In this document: piece after piece, positions 12,620 through 25,877 of the stretch
Layout: each line of letters begins with the position of its first letter
Numbering within the stretch: the stretch's first letter is position 1
Assembly: GCF_036321535.1 (NCBI RefSeq)
Contig: NC_087449.1
Location: 17,794,001 to 17,858,000 of the forward strand
Direction: 5' to 3'
Source: Camelus dromedarius
Taxonomy: Eukaryota
DNA length: 64,000 nt
Made by a program: the position numbers and the translations under genes
Notes under the pieces: model-generated
Told to the model about the DNA's origin: nothing
What the model saw: only the letters and a program-made list of their open reading frames with translations
The model's database searches: none

Positions 12620-12975
12620 TCATATATCTAGTGCCTACTGCGTTTGATATGTATATATGCATAGATATTACATTTTATATGTTTGAAAAACAGTTTCCAT
12701 CAACAGTTTGGAATTGGCTTCATTTTTCCCATTTCACAGATGAAAAAACCAAGCATTACAGAAATGTAAAAACATAATTCATTCAGTCAAACATGCAATA
12801 ATTACTTACTGTGTTAACTATCAAGTGCCCAGCACTATACAACATGCTTAGAATACAGTGAGTAACAAAACTAGCCAGGATCCTTGCTCGAATAGAGTTA
12901 GACTCTAATGGGGAATGTGGAAAGTAATCAAAAGTCACACAAATATGTGAAAACTTACAGCTGAGATGGTGTTTG
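12620..12975 (-). mobile_element. Adjacent MIR (~12620-12770) and L2 3' end (~12777-12975)
   Basis: cccatttcacagatgaaaaaacc is the MIR core. cattcagtcaaacat...gtgcccagcactatac...gaatacagtgagtaacaaaac is an L2 tail. Confidence 0.65.
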
Positions 12976-13149
12976 TTACATATGATGATTTGACCAAGTC
13001 AGAGAGAACAGAGTAACTCCACAGCATCACTAGAATTCAGACTTAGAGACAATTCTGGACTTAACTTTAAAATAGTGCATTTGCACCACTATTCTAGGTT
13101 TTACTTACTCTGTCATTCTTGATTATCTCTCGCGTATACCCTACGAGGA

Positions 13150-13420
13150 GAGATTTACCACCACCCAAATATTTAGTGGACCTAGGAGACGAAAAACAAA
13201 CAATAACTGATGCTGAAGGTATATGTATGTGTTAAGGGAGGTAGTTTGAGGAGGGAGATGACAGCCTATTTCGTGCTTTTCCTCTTGGGACTCTGTGTGG
13301 TCTGAAAGGCTGACTCCACTGGAGGCTAAAGACAGCTGCTGTAAGAGGCTGCACTAAGTCCACGATAGACAGTCCAGAGGCCTCTAGTTCAGGGAAACCT
13401 CGAAACAGCTAGTTGAACTG
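13150..13420 (-). mobile_element. Possible ancient ERVL LTR remnant (LTR33/LTR16-like)
   Basis: gaggctgcactaagtccac...cagtccagagg...gaactggactctaca resembles recalled LTR33-type termini; weak. Confidence 0.35.
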
Positions 13421-13664
13421 GACTCTACATTTTGGTTTGACTTTCTTTCCCACTAGATTCACCTCATGGATGATTGGACCTGGCTTTCCTGGCCTGAATG
13501 CCACATGACACTTGGTTATTTAGCTCTGTTGGTTTTATTCCCTGGGTTAACTTGATTTCCTTGAACCACCCATGGTTTCTGACTTGTCTCTCCAAACTCA
13601 AATACAGTATCTTGGGTTTCTACCTGATGATTTGAATGTATCAATTGCTACTTTGGGAAGATAC

Positions 13665-13850
13665 CAATAGTCAGAAGACCTGGATTGAACTTTGGTTCTA
13701 CCACTTGCTTAATTAAAATAGAAATAGAAGTTAAACTTAATTTTTTCTCAACTTTTTTCCTCTCACCTGCAAAATGGGACTAATAATGCTTACCTCCTAG
13801 GATTGCTATGAAGAGTATTTGAGACACTTTTGAAAATGCTTAAATGTTTT
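13665..13850 (+). mobile_element. MIR SINE
   Basis: gtcagaagacctggattgaac...cacctgcaaaatgggactaataatgcttacctcctaggattgctatg. Confidence 0.75.
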
Positions 13851-15167
13851 CTGAATGTCAGTTTCCCACATTCTTAACACTAAACTTTTTTGTACAATGT
13901 TGAAATGTTTTAATGTTAAAATACTTCAGTCATAAATGTGTTGAGAACAGCTCACATTTTCTACATACATCAAGCTTTCCTGCTCACACTTAAAAGACTA
14001 GAAATACAGCCATGAATTCAGAGCCAGAAATATATATAGCCTGGAACTTTATCGTTGAGGGAGACATTACAAGATGTGCTGTGTGCGGACCTGGATGCCA
14101 TCTCAGTGTCATCTTCAGATGTAGCTAAGGTCCTTTAGATAGTAACTGTACCATATTTGGGGTTTTTTTCACCCCTTTGGTTTCTAAATCAGTGCTTCAA
14201 GCATAGGAGGCATTTCATCATCCTTTGATGACGGACAAAAACTTCATTTCCGTTAAGACCATTTCAGAGTTCTTTATCACCCAGGACTTTTTCTAAAGCT
14301 CTTTTTTTGAGTTACAGCTTTAACTCATAAATCTGAAGTCCATTGTTGGAAGTAAAATCCTTTACTTTGTAAATATACCCCTTATGATATGAGAACTACT
14401 TACCCTCCCCCACCATCTTCCATCTTTCCTAAGCTGCCACCCAGAGATCAGTTAATAAGACTGTATTCATGTTATCCAGTGATATATGTTATATTATTAT
14501 ACTCTTTTGTAATTCTAGTCTGATAAAAGATCTGTTTTCATTTGAGAACACGTCTCCCACTCCTATTTAAAGTTATTTTAATATTTTAAATGTTGTCATC
14601 TGATACACTCACGTGCATTTCCTATACTAGCAATGAAGTTTTTCTCTGACCATTTGCACCTGAAAGTTTGTTTCTCTAGAAATATTTATGGTTACTCCTG
14701 ATCTGGGGAGGCAGATAATGAACAGTAGTCTCAAAATATGAAGCGAGGCTGGATTTATATATAAAATGAATGAGGTCAGGTATAGCAGCTCCATTTATTT
14801 TTGCAATCTTAACAATCAGTGCCATTGGCTATGTGATTAGTTTTGCTGTCGTGCTGTTGCTGTGGGCTCTTCTGGCCATCCCAGATAGCTACTGTCTAAC
14901 AGACGTTGTGATTGTGAAGGCTGTGGACATTTCATGAGGCAGAAGTGGAAGCACCGTAGTTATTAGCATGCTTTCTGTGTGCTGCCTCTGACTGACACTT
15001 GAAAATACTAGGAACATTTCTAATTCCAAACTAGTTAGTTGATCAGGCTGTGTCAGTTATGAGTTGGCAGCATCTGCTGAAGAAACAAATGGCCTGCACC
15101 TCACAGATTTATGAGGCATTAGCAAAAGACAGAAGAAAGAAGAGAGAGGGCGGTGGTCCTTGGTATG

Positions 15168-15508
15168 TGTCTTAGTCCATTTGGGCTTCTGTAACAAAGT
15201 CCCTCAGACTGGGTGGCTTATAAACAAAGGAAATACGCCTCACAGTTCTGGAGGCTGAAAGTCCAAGGTCAGGGTGGCAGCATGATCTGGTGAGGGTCCC
15301 CTTCTGGGTCACAGACTCCTCATTGTATTCTCACCTGCAAAAGGAGCTGGGCATCTCTCTGGGGCCTCTTTCGTGAGGTACTGATCTCAACCATGAAGGT
15401 TTCACCTTCATGACTTTTAAGCCCCTCCCAAGGACCCCGCCCACTAACACCTTAGGGTGGGACTTAAGACTTCAACATATGAATTTGGGGAGGACACAGA
15501 TCATAGTG
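15168..15508 (-). mobile_element. MLT1A-type MaLR solo LTR with target-site duplication
   Basis: tgtcttagtccatttggg...cagttctggaggctgaaagtccaagg...gacttcaacatatgaatttggggaggacaca. GTATG flanks both sides (15163-15167 and 15509-15513). Confidence 0.9.
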
Positions 15509-17935
15509 GTATGGAACAAACTCCTATTGGTGGCAGAGAGTAGAGGACAGCAGTGTCCATGGTGATTGAAGAAGCTTACATACAATTCCACTGAATGGTA
15601 AAAATGCAGAAAATAAAAATAACCAAGCATTTCTGAGCAAGCACCATGTGCTGATCTCCTGCTGAGGAAAGGAATGTCATATTAAATTCCAAGCTCAACA
15701 GAATTCATTTCTCCCTTTTAGGGGGAAGGGGCTATAAGAAAACATCTCTCATTCTATAATCTAAGTCAGTAGAAGAACAATTCTCTTAGAACTTGAAAGC
15801 ATTAACTATTTAGGAAAAGAGAGAGAAAGAACTCCAAAAATAGGCAATATTCTGGATTTCATTCTCTGGTTTTATTACAAGGTAGAATGCAAACTATTGC
15901 TTGAGTTGTCGCTTTCAGATTTCACATCACTTATGCAAGGAAGTCTGGTTTCAAACAAGTCTGGGATGAAAATGAAAAACTCACTGGGGCCAGGGTCACC
16001 CTGTGAACAAGTTCTTGTGTGCATGCTTTAAACCTATCAAGGATTCTCTTTAACACAGAATAACAATTTAATTTGCCGACTCTATGTTTGATAAAAAAAA
16101 ATGATTCTCTTTCTAGAAAATACAATTATTATCCAAACATGTTAAAATAAATCTGTTTCATGAAAAAGTGTCATCAGTTAAAGAGCTCTTCTATTATTTG
16201 TTTTTAGTCAAGGAGTGAAATTACATTAGGTTCATACCTGATGGGACTTTAGGCATGGTTCCATTGTTTTTATCTAGTAACTAAGGGTAGATGTATTCAT
16301 CTGAAAAGGGTCACCACTGTAACTAAGATAGCCTCTGTTGTAAATACCTGTTTATATGTTTGATTCTTCTTAAATATCTCCAGAGATCATGCGTTGTCCA
16401 GCCTATTCCCTAATCACCTAGTATAGAACTCATCTTTGTGGTGATTAATGATCGTCTTCAGAATTGATGTAAATAGCTGAGAAAGCCTCCATCTACCACT
16501 GCCCCTAGGATCCCAGTAGGAACATCACAGAAATACACCCTCCAGAGATAGGCACCCCCTCAGAAGTCACTCTCCTTCGAGGCCAGCTTTGGAAAGGCTG
16601 TCCCAGTCATTACCAGGCGAAGATAGCTCTTACCTAGTGCTCGAGGAGTCTGTACTTCTGAAGCTCCCAAATATAGAAGAAAGGCAGCCTTGTACTTTTC
16701 CAGTCATCTCAGAGAGGTAGCATCTTCTAGAGGGAAGAAAATCTCCCCAGGGAAGATGCTTGTCTTTTTTATTGGCCATAATCACCTGCTGGGCTGATGG
16801 GAGCAGCAGGAGTTTCTATTGCTAAAGTGCCACTAATGTCCCACTCTGGTAAGAGTGCACATCACACCGCTGGCCAGGGGCCAAAAATGGGCCAGCACAT
16901 ACAGAGCGTGGATGCACTGCATGATTTAGCAACATCTGGGGCTTTGCCTTCGGATATCTTAAAGGGCAGAGAATTGGAACCCAGCTCAGAATGACAACCA
17001 TAAGGAACATAAGCAGACAGTGCCACGAAGTGACTGAGTATACTCCCTTGAGATTTTTTCCCCAGAGTTTAGCCAAATGAAGACCCCTGACTGATTTTGT
17101 CTCAATTCTTTAGCAGCAAAATGAATCTGGCTTTTGGTAGATGGGGCACAGTAAAGACTAATCTAAGTCTGGGAAGTTGCTGAGCACTCTGGAGAATGTA
17201 GCCATGGCATACACATGGGCAAATTGATTTAAGCTACAGTGTAGTAGCTTGCAGGACAATGAAACTGTGAAGTTTTATACATAACATATACTAACTGGTT
17301 AAAAGAAGTTATTCATGTGATGCAGAAAAATAGGCAATAATAGCTATGGGATTTTAGCATAAGTACTGATAGGTTTGCAGTGTGAGACAAAGGAGTAAAA
17401 ACTGTCATATCCTTGATATTCTGTGTCCTATTTTCTTGTGTCAGAGTTGGAGGTCATTAGGTTTATTGCTTAAATTCAAGTTTTTTAATATTTGTTCAAC
17501 TCAAAGTTTTTGTTAATCTGATTAAATGTTGAGTTTTGGGGAAGCCAAATGCAGCTATTTCATGGAATATAAGTAATTCCCAGAGTAATCAAGCATGGTT
17601 GCTTATTTTAATCTGCATTTAACTACATTATATTATATCTAAATTCAGATGCAAGTCACATAACATAATGCAAAGGAGTTCAACCTAAACTTCAGGGGAA
17701 TGCCATGTATTAGCATCTTCATGATTAAAGAAATATTTAGTAGGAAGACTTGAATACATTAGAAAGGAAAAACTAACATGCCATTTGAGCTATGAACTTA
17801 CATAGCCTGTATTGTAATCAGCACATCTTTTTCACAATAAATTCTGGGGTTAGTTAAGGAGAAGTTCTTACTTGGTTGGCATCTAATTATAGCAGAATTC
17901 ATATTTAGAGAGAGTTTCCTGAAGGGGCCAATGAA

Positions 17936-17972
17936 AGGAGAGAGAGAAAAAGAGAGAGAGAGAGAGAGAGAG
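17936..17972 (+). repeat. (GA)n microsatellite
   Basis: Direct reading of an interrupted GA repeat. Confidence 0.9.
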
Positions 17973-18866
17973 GAGCCACTTAAGGAGCAGGGGAGTAAGA
18001 GAGATAGGACATGGGTCAGCTCGAAATGAGGAAGGAAGTTCCTGGCTGTTAGAGATAAAAGGGAATGGTGACCATTGGGTGAAGATTCAAGAAAAGAGTG
18101 GAGCAGAAGTGAGCGTGGCAAGCACTGAAAGCGGTAAAGCTGTGCCCGCCTATTTGAGAGTCAGAGCAAATCTGGAGAGAGAATGTTTAGTAGCCAAGGT
18201 GGAATCGGGTAAAATTGAATCCTATATTGAAGCTCAGAGAGGTTAAAGGACTTCCCCAGGCACATTTCTAATATGTAGCAAATATTCAACTTCAAATACT
18301 GTCTTCAATATTACACTGCACTGGTTTTCTAGGTTTAACAGCAGATCATCTGTCTGGGTTGTTCGTATGTAGTAGCAGTAAAGTGGTGTTGACCCTGGAC
18401 TTAAAATCATCCTACTACATTGCAGGCTTAATTTTCATGAGAGTTATCCAATAATATCATCTGAAATGGCCTAGACATATTCTAGCCAAGTTCTTAGAAA
18501 CCATTCTTTTGTGTTTTTTAGTGGAATTGTCTTATTTAATTCCCTTTACTTTTTCCTGACCTTAACAGTTAAGATACTATTGCTGTAGTGTTGTTTAATT
18601 TTCTAAAATACAAATCAGTGTATGAATAAGGACATGTGGATATCCAAGTTCAGTTTCTTATATAGCATAAATAATCCCACAGGACCAGTCTACAGCTGTC
18701 ATACAACCTCTCTTCCCTGATACCTACTGCTGTAAGGAAATATATAATTGCACCATTATCACATTATATGCTAACACCAGCAGGGTCACGACTATCTATG
18801 GTTGCCTTGACAACCCCATCTAAGATAAAAATGAAACTGGTATTCACAACACACATTTACTTAGAG

Positions 18867-19038
18867 NNNNNNNNNNNNNNNNNNNNNNNNNNNNNNNNNN
18901 NNNNNNNNNNNNNNNNNNNNNNNNNNNNNNNNNNNNNNNNNNNNNNNNNNNNNNNNNNNNNNNNNNNNNNNNNNNNNNNNNNNNNNNNNNNNNNNNNNNN
19001 NNNNNNNNNNNNNNNNNNNNNNNNNNNNNNNNNNNNNN
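18867..19038. other. Assembly gap or masked run of 172 N
   Basis: Directly visible N run from 18867 to 19038. Confidence 1.
18884..19035 (+). CDS. NEGR1: Inferred NEGR1 exon 6, hidden in the N-gap; coordinates predicted
   Basis: The expected peptide (LFNGQQGIIIQNFSTRSILTV...ASLPLN) was not seen elsewhere. The gap is about 16.2 kb after exon 5. 172 N can hold about 17 nt of acceptor, a 152-nt exon and gta, and the first bases after the gap (agtaac) complete a gtaagt donor. A branch-point-like tttac lies at 18856-18860. Confidence 0.55.
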
Positions 19039-20859
19039 AGTAACACAGTGTGGCCCAAAGGTGCCAAGGGGCCTTTTGGCTCCTACCCATCAGTAGAGAT
19101 AAAACCTAAGAACAGAATGTGTTCGTTTTAGAGCTCAGCCTGTTGTGACATGTTCCGTACACAGAAGAAACTTTGCCCCAAGATAATCTGGGTGTTTGAA
19201 AATTTTGTAATCCCTAAAGAAGTCTATATGTGTTTAGAAAAATATCTTAGAAGTGAGAAAAGAGGAAAAATTACATAAATATTAGGATCCACTAAAAATT
19301 GTCTTCTGACTGAAGACGGTTGGTTTGGTGGGGTTTTGTTTTTGTTTTGTTGTGTTTCAAAAAATGTGTTATACTATCTTTAAGCATAGATGAATTTAGG
19401 TTGAGTGTACTATTGGTTGGTTTTCTTTAGACATTTATCCTGAAGTAGTGAGAATTTCTCATGCCATAAATAAAATGAAATAGTAAGTACATGATCAAGT
19501 ACAAAATATTTTATCCATATAGATAATGTTTTGATTCAAAACTGTATTTTGATATACAACCTAAGGTTTTACTAAAATGCATATTATATTTCTAATGTAG
19601 CTTAGTTCCTAAGGACTAGAAATGAAAAAAAAAAAAGTGCAAACACAAGGATTAGTTGAAGGGAGAGAAATTTACGCTGTTTTCTCCTACAATTAGCTTT
19701 AGGGCTTTTTGGAAGCTGAGTAACCAACAAACTGCTATAACCATAAAATATTCCTGATTTTGAAGTTTGTCAAAATGTTCAGAGAATACACTGTCTTTTC
19801 AGCTCCACAAAGTTATCTGAATCATCCTTATCTTTTAGAGTTTATATTTCTACGATGACCTGACATATGTATATTTATGTTATCATCCTGTGATAGTAAG
19901 TCGTCTCTGAAAAATGCAAATACTGTGAGTCCATCACGGAAGTGATCATCTCTATTTTGCAGAAATGGAGAAAGGGATATATAATATTCCTGCTACTTAA
20001 AAATGTATCAGAATAAGAAGGTTCATGATTTGTGAACTTTGCATTACCACAATTTAAGAACCTTTGTTTTTAAATAAAATATATCAGTTTGTTGTTAGTA
20101 GAAAATAATCATTTGGAAACAGTTTGTTCTATATACACTTCTAAAACATCACATCATTTATTATTCCAGCTTAATGTTGCTAAATATTTCTTAATACCCC
20201 CCTACTCTGAAAGAAAACCATTGTTTGCCGTATAATATACTTGCTTAAATTTCTTACATGAGGATGATTTATTTAGTGTAATTATGAATAAGTCATTGAA
20301 AATATTAACGAACAGTGTGAATTCCAATTTAATGTAAATATTGATAGTTCCTTTGGTACGTTATTAATATTTTAAACAGTTTAAATATTCAAGTACCTGA
20401 AAGAATAAATGAATTAAATAGAAAAAGTAAAGACAATTTAAGACTTAATAACACATTAACTTTTTTGCTATTTAAATTTCTAAATTACATTTTGATTTTC
20501 AAAACTGAAGCAGTATGAATGTGACAAATTAGGAACACATGTCACTTATTTAAGTGTTTGTTTTACTCTGACAACCTTAGCATAATCATCTGGATATAAG
20601 GCAGTGTCGAAAGGCTTCTAAATGTGATACCTTCAGAATGGACACTAATGATCTTCCTTTGCCACTGGTTTCTTATATGTAGAAGTGCTAAAAAATACTA
20701 GTGCAGTTTCGTTAATTTTGTTAAGGAAGACATAATCTGCAGTCTTTTCTGTAATTCTGAACACAGCCCTGGAAGTTTGAAGAAATGTCTGTGTGTATTC
20801 AGAACTCCCGTACATCCTTATCTGACACTCTTATTGCACTACATATTTCTATTTTGTAC

Positions 20860-21065
20860 AATTATTATTTTTGTATAGTTTTTATCTCTCCACCCAGCTA
20901 TCTCTGTTGAGAAGACAGTATCAATATCTGATTATGTTATCTCCCATATCACTAAGCACAGTGGCTGCTATTTAATAGGCAACCAGTAAATCTTTAATGA
21001 ATAAAATGAATTAGTCAAACATTGAATAAGTGATTGAATAAATACTTAATAAATGAATGAATGAA
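20860..21065 (+). mobile_element. L2 3' end with aatg tail
   Basis: ctaagcacagtggctgc...aataaatgaatgaatgaa. Confidence 0.6.
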
Positions 21066-21229
21066 CTAGGTTTTAGCTGTAGAATGTGTATGTATAATCT
21101 CTGGATATACAAAGCACTGTCACAGTGATGACCAATAGCATTCACTGCGAGCTAACTAGAGACCAGATCCTATTCCAATCTCTTTCTATAATTTTTTTTT
21201 AATTCTGACATAAAAAGGTACATTCCAAA

Positions 21230-21380
21230 ATTACCTTCTCACAGATGAGGAAACTGAGATGAAGAGAGATTAAAAGCTTCACCTGAAGTCAAATGGTTAA
21301 TAAGTGACAAAGCAAAAACCTGAATCCCAACACTCTGGTTTGAGAGCCCCAGCTTTTAACTTCCACGTGTCACTGTCTCT
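21230..21380 (-). mobile_element. MIR SINE
   Basis: cacagatgaggaaactgagatgaagagagattaaaag. Confidence 0.8.
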
Positions 21381-22479
21381 CATTGTGACCGTAAAACCAG
21401 CAATGGCGTGAGAGATAAATTGTATTATTTGCAACATATTTTTGAAAGATAAACCACTGCATGTAATATATTTGCCCTTTTTTAGGGTTTTTATGAACTT
21501 TTCTTTAATAGTTTAGGGTGCTATTCCTCGATATATAAAAACTTTTTTAATAAGTATTTAGAAATAAACAACATATACGAGGTGTAAAATTCAAGAATAT
21601 GAATGATGAATGGGGTTAATAGTTGACTGAAAAATTAGACCAAAATGAGACTCAGAGACATTTAAACCCTCATTTTTATGGGATTTTTAAACTCCTTGAG
21701 GTGGTACAGTTTTCCAATATGGGCATTGTGAATCTGCTAACTATACATGGGGAAAGACATCTTTCTTAAAGTTCAAATGAAGCTAGTTGGAGAGACAGCA
21801 GTGTGTCCCTTGGTAAGAGTTCCTGTCATATCTTCACTGTGATTGGGAGAGTCTTCAACCACTATGTTCATCCAAGACTAGTGGCCTGCCCACCCTAAGC
21901 TGATCTAATATTGGCCTATGACCTGTTAAAGAATTTCTTAGGATCTTTTATTGAAAATCATCCCTTCCTATAGTTAAGGGAGTTTGTAAAGCTAACTTGC
22001 CCATCTTCTTATCCAGGAGAAAGGAATTAGACTTCAAAGAGTCTGCCACTTGTGCACATGATGGTATGTGGAACATGAATGAAAAATTCATTTTTTCATG
22101 ATTTGTACCCATGAATAGTTAATATGCTCAAAGATAAGATTGTTGAAAATGTAAGTTTCCTAGCATAGTGCTTATACATAGCAGACACTCACACTGGTTG
22201 ATAGCATTCCAATAGTGTGTTAGCCCCTGGGGATCAGGTCTCCATCTGTAACTGTTTAGGTTAGATCTTGATTCTGTTATAATCCAGTCCTGATTTGTAA
22301 TAACCTACATTCTTCCAGATGACCAAGAAGATAAAAGGCAAGAAACTGTAGTTTAGAGCTTTGCCGTAACTAAGACCATCCAAAAAGGAGTGTAGCACTT
22401 GTTGGTGTGTAAGTCTTTATGTGTGTGGGTGTGGGGGTGTGTATTTATGTGTGTTTCACATAAAGGAAGTTAAGCAGGA

Positions 22480-22690
22480 TGTAATTTGAACCACAGCTTT
22501 ACCACATATCAGTTATGGGATTTTGAGTAAGTTACCCAAGTGCCAAAGCTTCAGTTAATTCATTTATAACATGATGGCAATAATAGCTCCCACCTACAGG
22601 ATAAAAATTAAATGAGATGATACATGTAAAATGCTTAACACTTAGCCTGAATCAAAACAAGCGTTTAATGAATGTTAGCCATTGTTACTG
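22480..22690 (+). mobile_element. MIR SINE
   Basis: aaattaaatgagatgatacatgtaaaatgcttaacacttagcctg...aatgttagccatt. Confidence 0.75.
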
Positions 22691-23041
22691 TATCACATCC
22701 TGCAAGAATACTTAGTTCAATTCCTTTCAAAAAACTACATATAGATGCCTGAACTTATTTGATGACTGACTGCGCAGTACTTTACCGAGGGCTTAAATGG
22801 TAAATTAGCAAGCCAGGGAGAAGGCATGCAAACTTGATACAATGTCCCAAGTCTAGTTCATAATTTAACCTCATCCTTCAGCATCCCTTGCTCAGTGCGT
22901 GAAGCAGGCTCTGTGGCTCTAATTCCAGATTAAATACGGTGTTTGCAGCATAGAAGTTCAGACATCCAGGAGATTTAAAGAGTGAAAGCAGAAGTAAAAC
23001 AACCATTCTATTATGAAGCTCTGATAATTTATTCAATAGCA

Positions 23042-24430
23042 ATATTCATTCATCAAATATATGTATTGACTGCCTACAATATACAAAGCCCTGCGCAGGA
23101 TGCTGGAAAGAAAAGAACGAATAGAACTGGAACGTCATCCTGAAAGAGTTCACAGCTGAGTGAGAGGAGCGGTTCAAGAATCAGATAACTGTAATGCACT
23201 TTATCAGCAGTAGCATCCAAGGGCGGAGAAGAGCCTCTTATTCCAGTTTGAGGGCCATGAAAGGACGGTCATCTAGAGCATGCAATATCACTGTGTGAAT
23301 TATAACTAAGCTACAATTCAAAACACTATTTTAGCCATTGTTGTCTTATTTTCAGAGGCAGGACTTTCCAGAGTTCATTCAACAACAGCCTGAGCACAGT
23401 GCACATTAGCACGAATGAGAGAACGAGACACTCAGGCTTAAGGGTCCAGGGAAAGCTGTGGAGATGATGACCCTTGAGATGAGGATGGGACTGGGTTGAT
23501 CCTGGGCGTGGGAATGGGAGAAAGAGAAATACTTCTTTATGGAACAGCTCATGTAAAGACATGGCAGTATGAAACAAGCAGATACATTTGAAGACACGAT
23601 AGTATTTTTTAACATGGTTAGAGTTAAAAAGGGGGGAGAAGAGTGTTGAGAGGTGAGGCCGGACAGGTTGGAGGAATTAAGATAGAAAGGACTTTACCTG
23701 TCTGGCTTTGGAGAGCCACTGAAGCATTTTAATAAAGGGGGGCTACAAACAGATTTAGTTTCTGAAGTATGTGCTAAGCAATGTGGAGGGCTGAATCCAG
23801 GTATTCGACTTATAAGAAGATAACTGCATCAGATGAGCAGCAGAGATGAGAGAGCTGGATGGACAGAGGAGTTAATGACCCAATCGGAAAAGGATGGAAG
23901 GGAATTGTGGGAATCTAGAATACTCCCAATGTTGAATTTGGGTAACATTAACCAGGATAGAACTTGAAAGGAGCCCTTTTAGATTTGGGGAAATGTAGGA
24001 GACTGAAGGAGAGAAATAAGTTCAGTCGTAGACACACTCAGTTGGAGGCAGTGCCCAGGAGGCAGCTGTACTGATAAAGTCCAGAATGGGGACATGATCT
24101 GGAAGTTATCAGCATGGACGTGCTGCTTCTGTTAACGAGAGTAAGTAAGATTTCTCCTAAGTGCCATGTAGAGTGGAACGATGAGCAAAGACTGAAATCC
24201 AAGTAAAATCAGCATTGAGGGGTGAGAAGAAGAATGGCATCCTGTGCTGTGGAAGCACGTGGACTCAGCAGGGACGCAGGTGCCAGAGAAGGAGGGGTGC
24301 CATGGGAGGCACAGGAGTAGTCTCGTCTGATGGGGAGGGGGTCTGCAGTGTCCGGCGCTGCACCGGGCCAGAGGAAGTCTGAAAAGCAGCCACTGTCTCT
24401 GACAAGTGACACCTATTGGTGATGTTTGCA
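23042..24430 (-). mobile_element. Long L2 LINE fragment (about 1.4 kb)
   Basis: Begins cattcatcaaatatatgtattgactgcctac (L2 tail). Continues with antisense L2 motifs ggagagccactgaagcatttt and aagttcagtcgtagacac...gcccaggaggcagctg. Confidence 0.8.
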
Positions 24431-25849
24431 GTTCCTATACAAAACTGGGAGTAGAAGCCAAATTAAATTTAAATAAGTAGGTTAAATTTAATAGGTAGAT
24501 GAAGAGGTAGAGATGTGGGTAGTAAACTACTCTTTCTGTAGGCCAGGCTCTGAAAGGAAGAACACGGGCTGATGATCTGCCTTGATGCCCCAGCAGCCGG
24601 CCTCGTGTGGGCTTCTTTCCTGATTAACAGGCCCACTGGCCAGGTGTGCATCAACAAGTCCCCGACGTGCAAAGACGCAGCGCCCCAGGCTTTGGTGAAT
24701 GACACTGCCCACACGTCTTGCTTTTCTGCAAGCCTCTCTCATTCTAGTTTCTTGGCTCCTTTTTGCACATCCTTCTTGGGCCTCAGAGAAGCAAGAAAGG
24801 GCTTTGATTTAATATGAAGTCACCTTAAATTCTTTTGCCCTCCACAGCCTCTAGGCTTTAGGCTGTAATTGTAAGAGGAGCTATAATTCTAAGCAGAGCT
24901 ATAATTCTAATGCTATTAATTTCATCAGTAGCATTACTTCAGGTTAAAAGTATATATATACTTTCTCAGGTAAGAGGAAAGCAGAATTTAGGGTGGAGAA
25001 ACTATAGGAAAGCTAGTATACAGTGGACCCCTCGTCCTTTAATATTTCTGCATTAAAAAAAGGCTCTTTGTGAGAGAGAGGTAGAGAAAAAGACAGACAG
25101 AGAGAGAGAGGGAAAGAGAGAGAATATTCTGCAGATCACTGTAGATTAGTCTCTGGGAACAATGCTTTTACAAACTTAATGATGGCCGACATCGTATCAA
25201 CTGTTCATAGCAAAATTCCTTAGTAAGTAAATAATTCAGGATTTAGAATTATTGGGGATTTTATTATTGTTTTTCACTTGTGTTTTTTGTTTCCTTAACA
25301 TGAGCAACTGAAAGAGATTGATTTCTCTAAGTCTTCTCCTTAAAGGTTGTGAACTGAATGGTCCCATCCTGCCATCTATGGGTCCAGCTCATCAAATGTA
25401 CACCGTCATTTGATCAGTAACTTAGTAACCAGTTAAAGTCATTTTTATAAGTAAAACATGCATATGCTTTGTTTTCTACCTTCTCAAAAGAACAGATGTT
25501 CATTATAGGACACATATTAAAAGACTCACAATCTAAAGGGAAATAAGGAAAGATAATTACTTAAGAAGGAAGAAATCTTAGAAATTTATATAAACAAAAT
25601 GCTTAAAGTTTACATAGCTTTGGTTTAATACAGTCTTCTCCTGAGACCTAATAAATGAAAATATTAGGGACAATTCAAACCTTAATATTAACAGAATCTT
25701 TTCTTATAGTCCCAAATAGATAACAATAATATTGCTACAGTGTATGGTTGCCAAACCACCCTCTAATGTGTTCCCAGAATTGTGGTGTCAAGTAGTTTGC
25801 TAGAATACAGGTCCTGGTGACACTGTAGGGACTTCTCTCCTTTGTTTCT

Positions 25850-25877
25850 TGTGTGTGTGTGTGTGTGTGCGTGTGTG
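25850..25877 (+). repeat. (TG)n microsatellite
   Basis: Direct reading. Confidence 0.95.

Noticed and set aside
16440-17100. GC-richer segment that might be an old LTR
   Set aside because: No termini, TSD or diagnostic motif recognised; left unassigned.
25017-25143. Short inverted ends TACAGTG...CACTGTA around a GA repeat, Tigger-like
   Set aside because: Only 7 bp of inverted match; insufficient to call a MITE.
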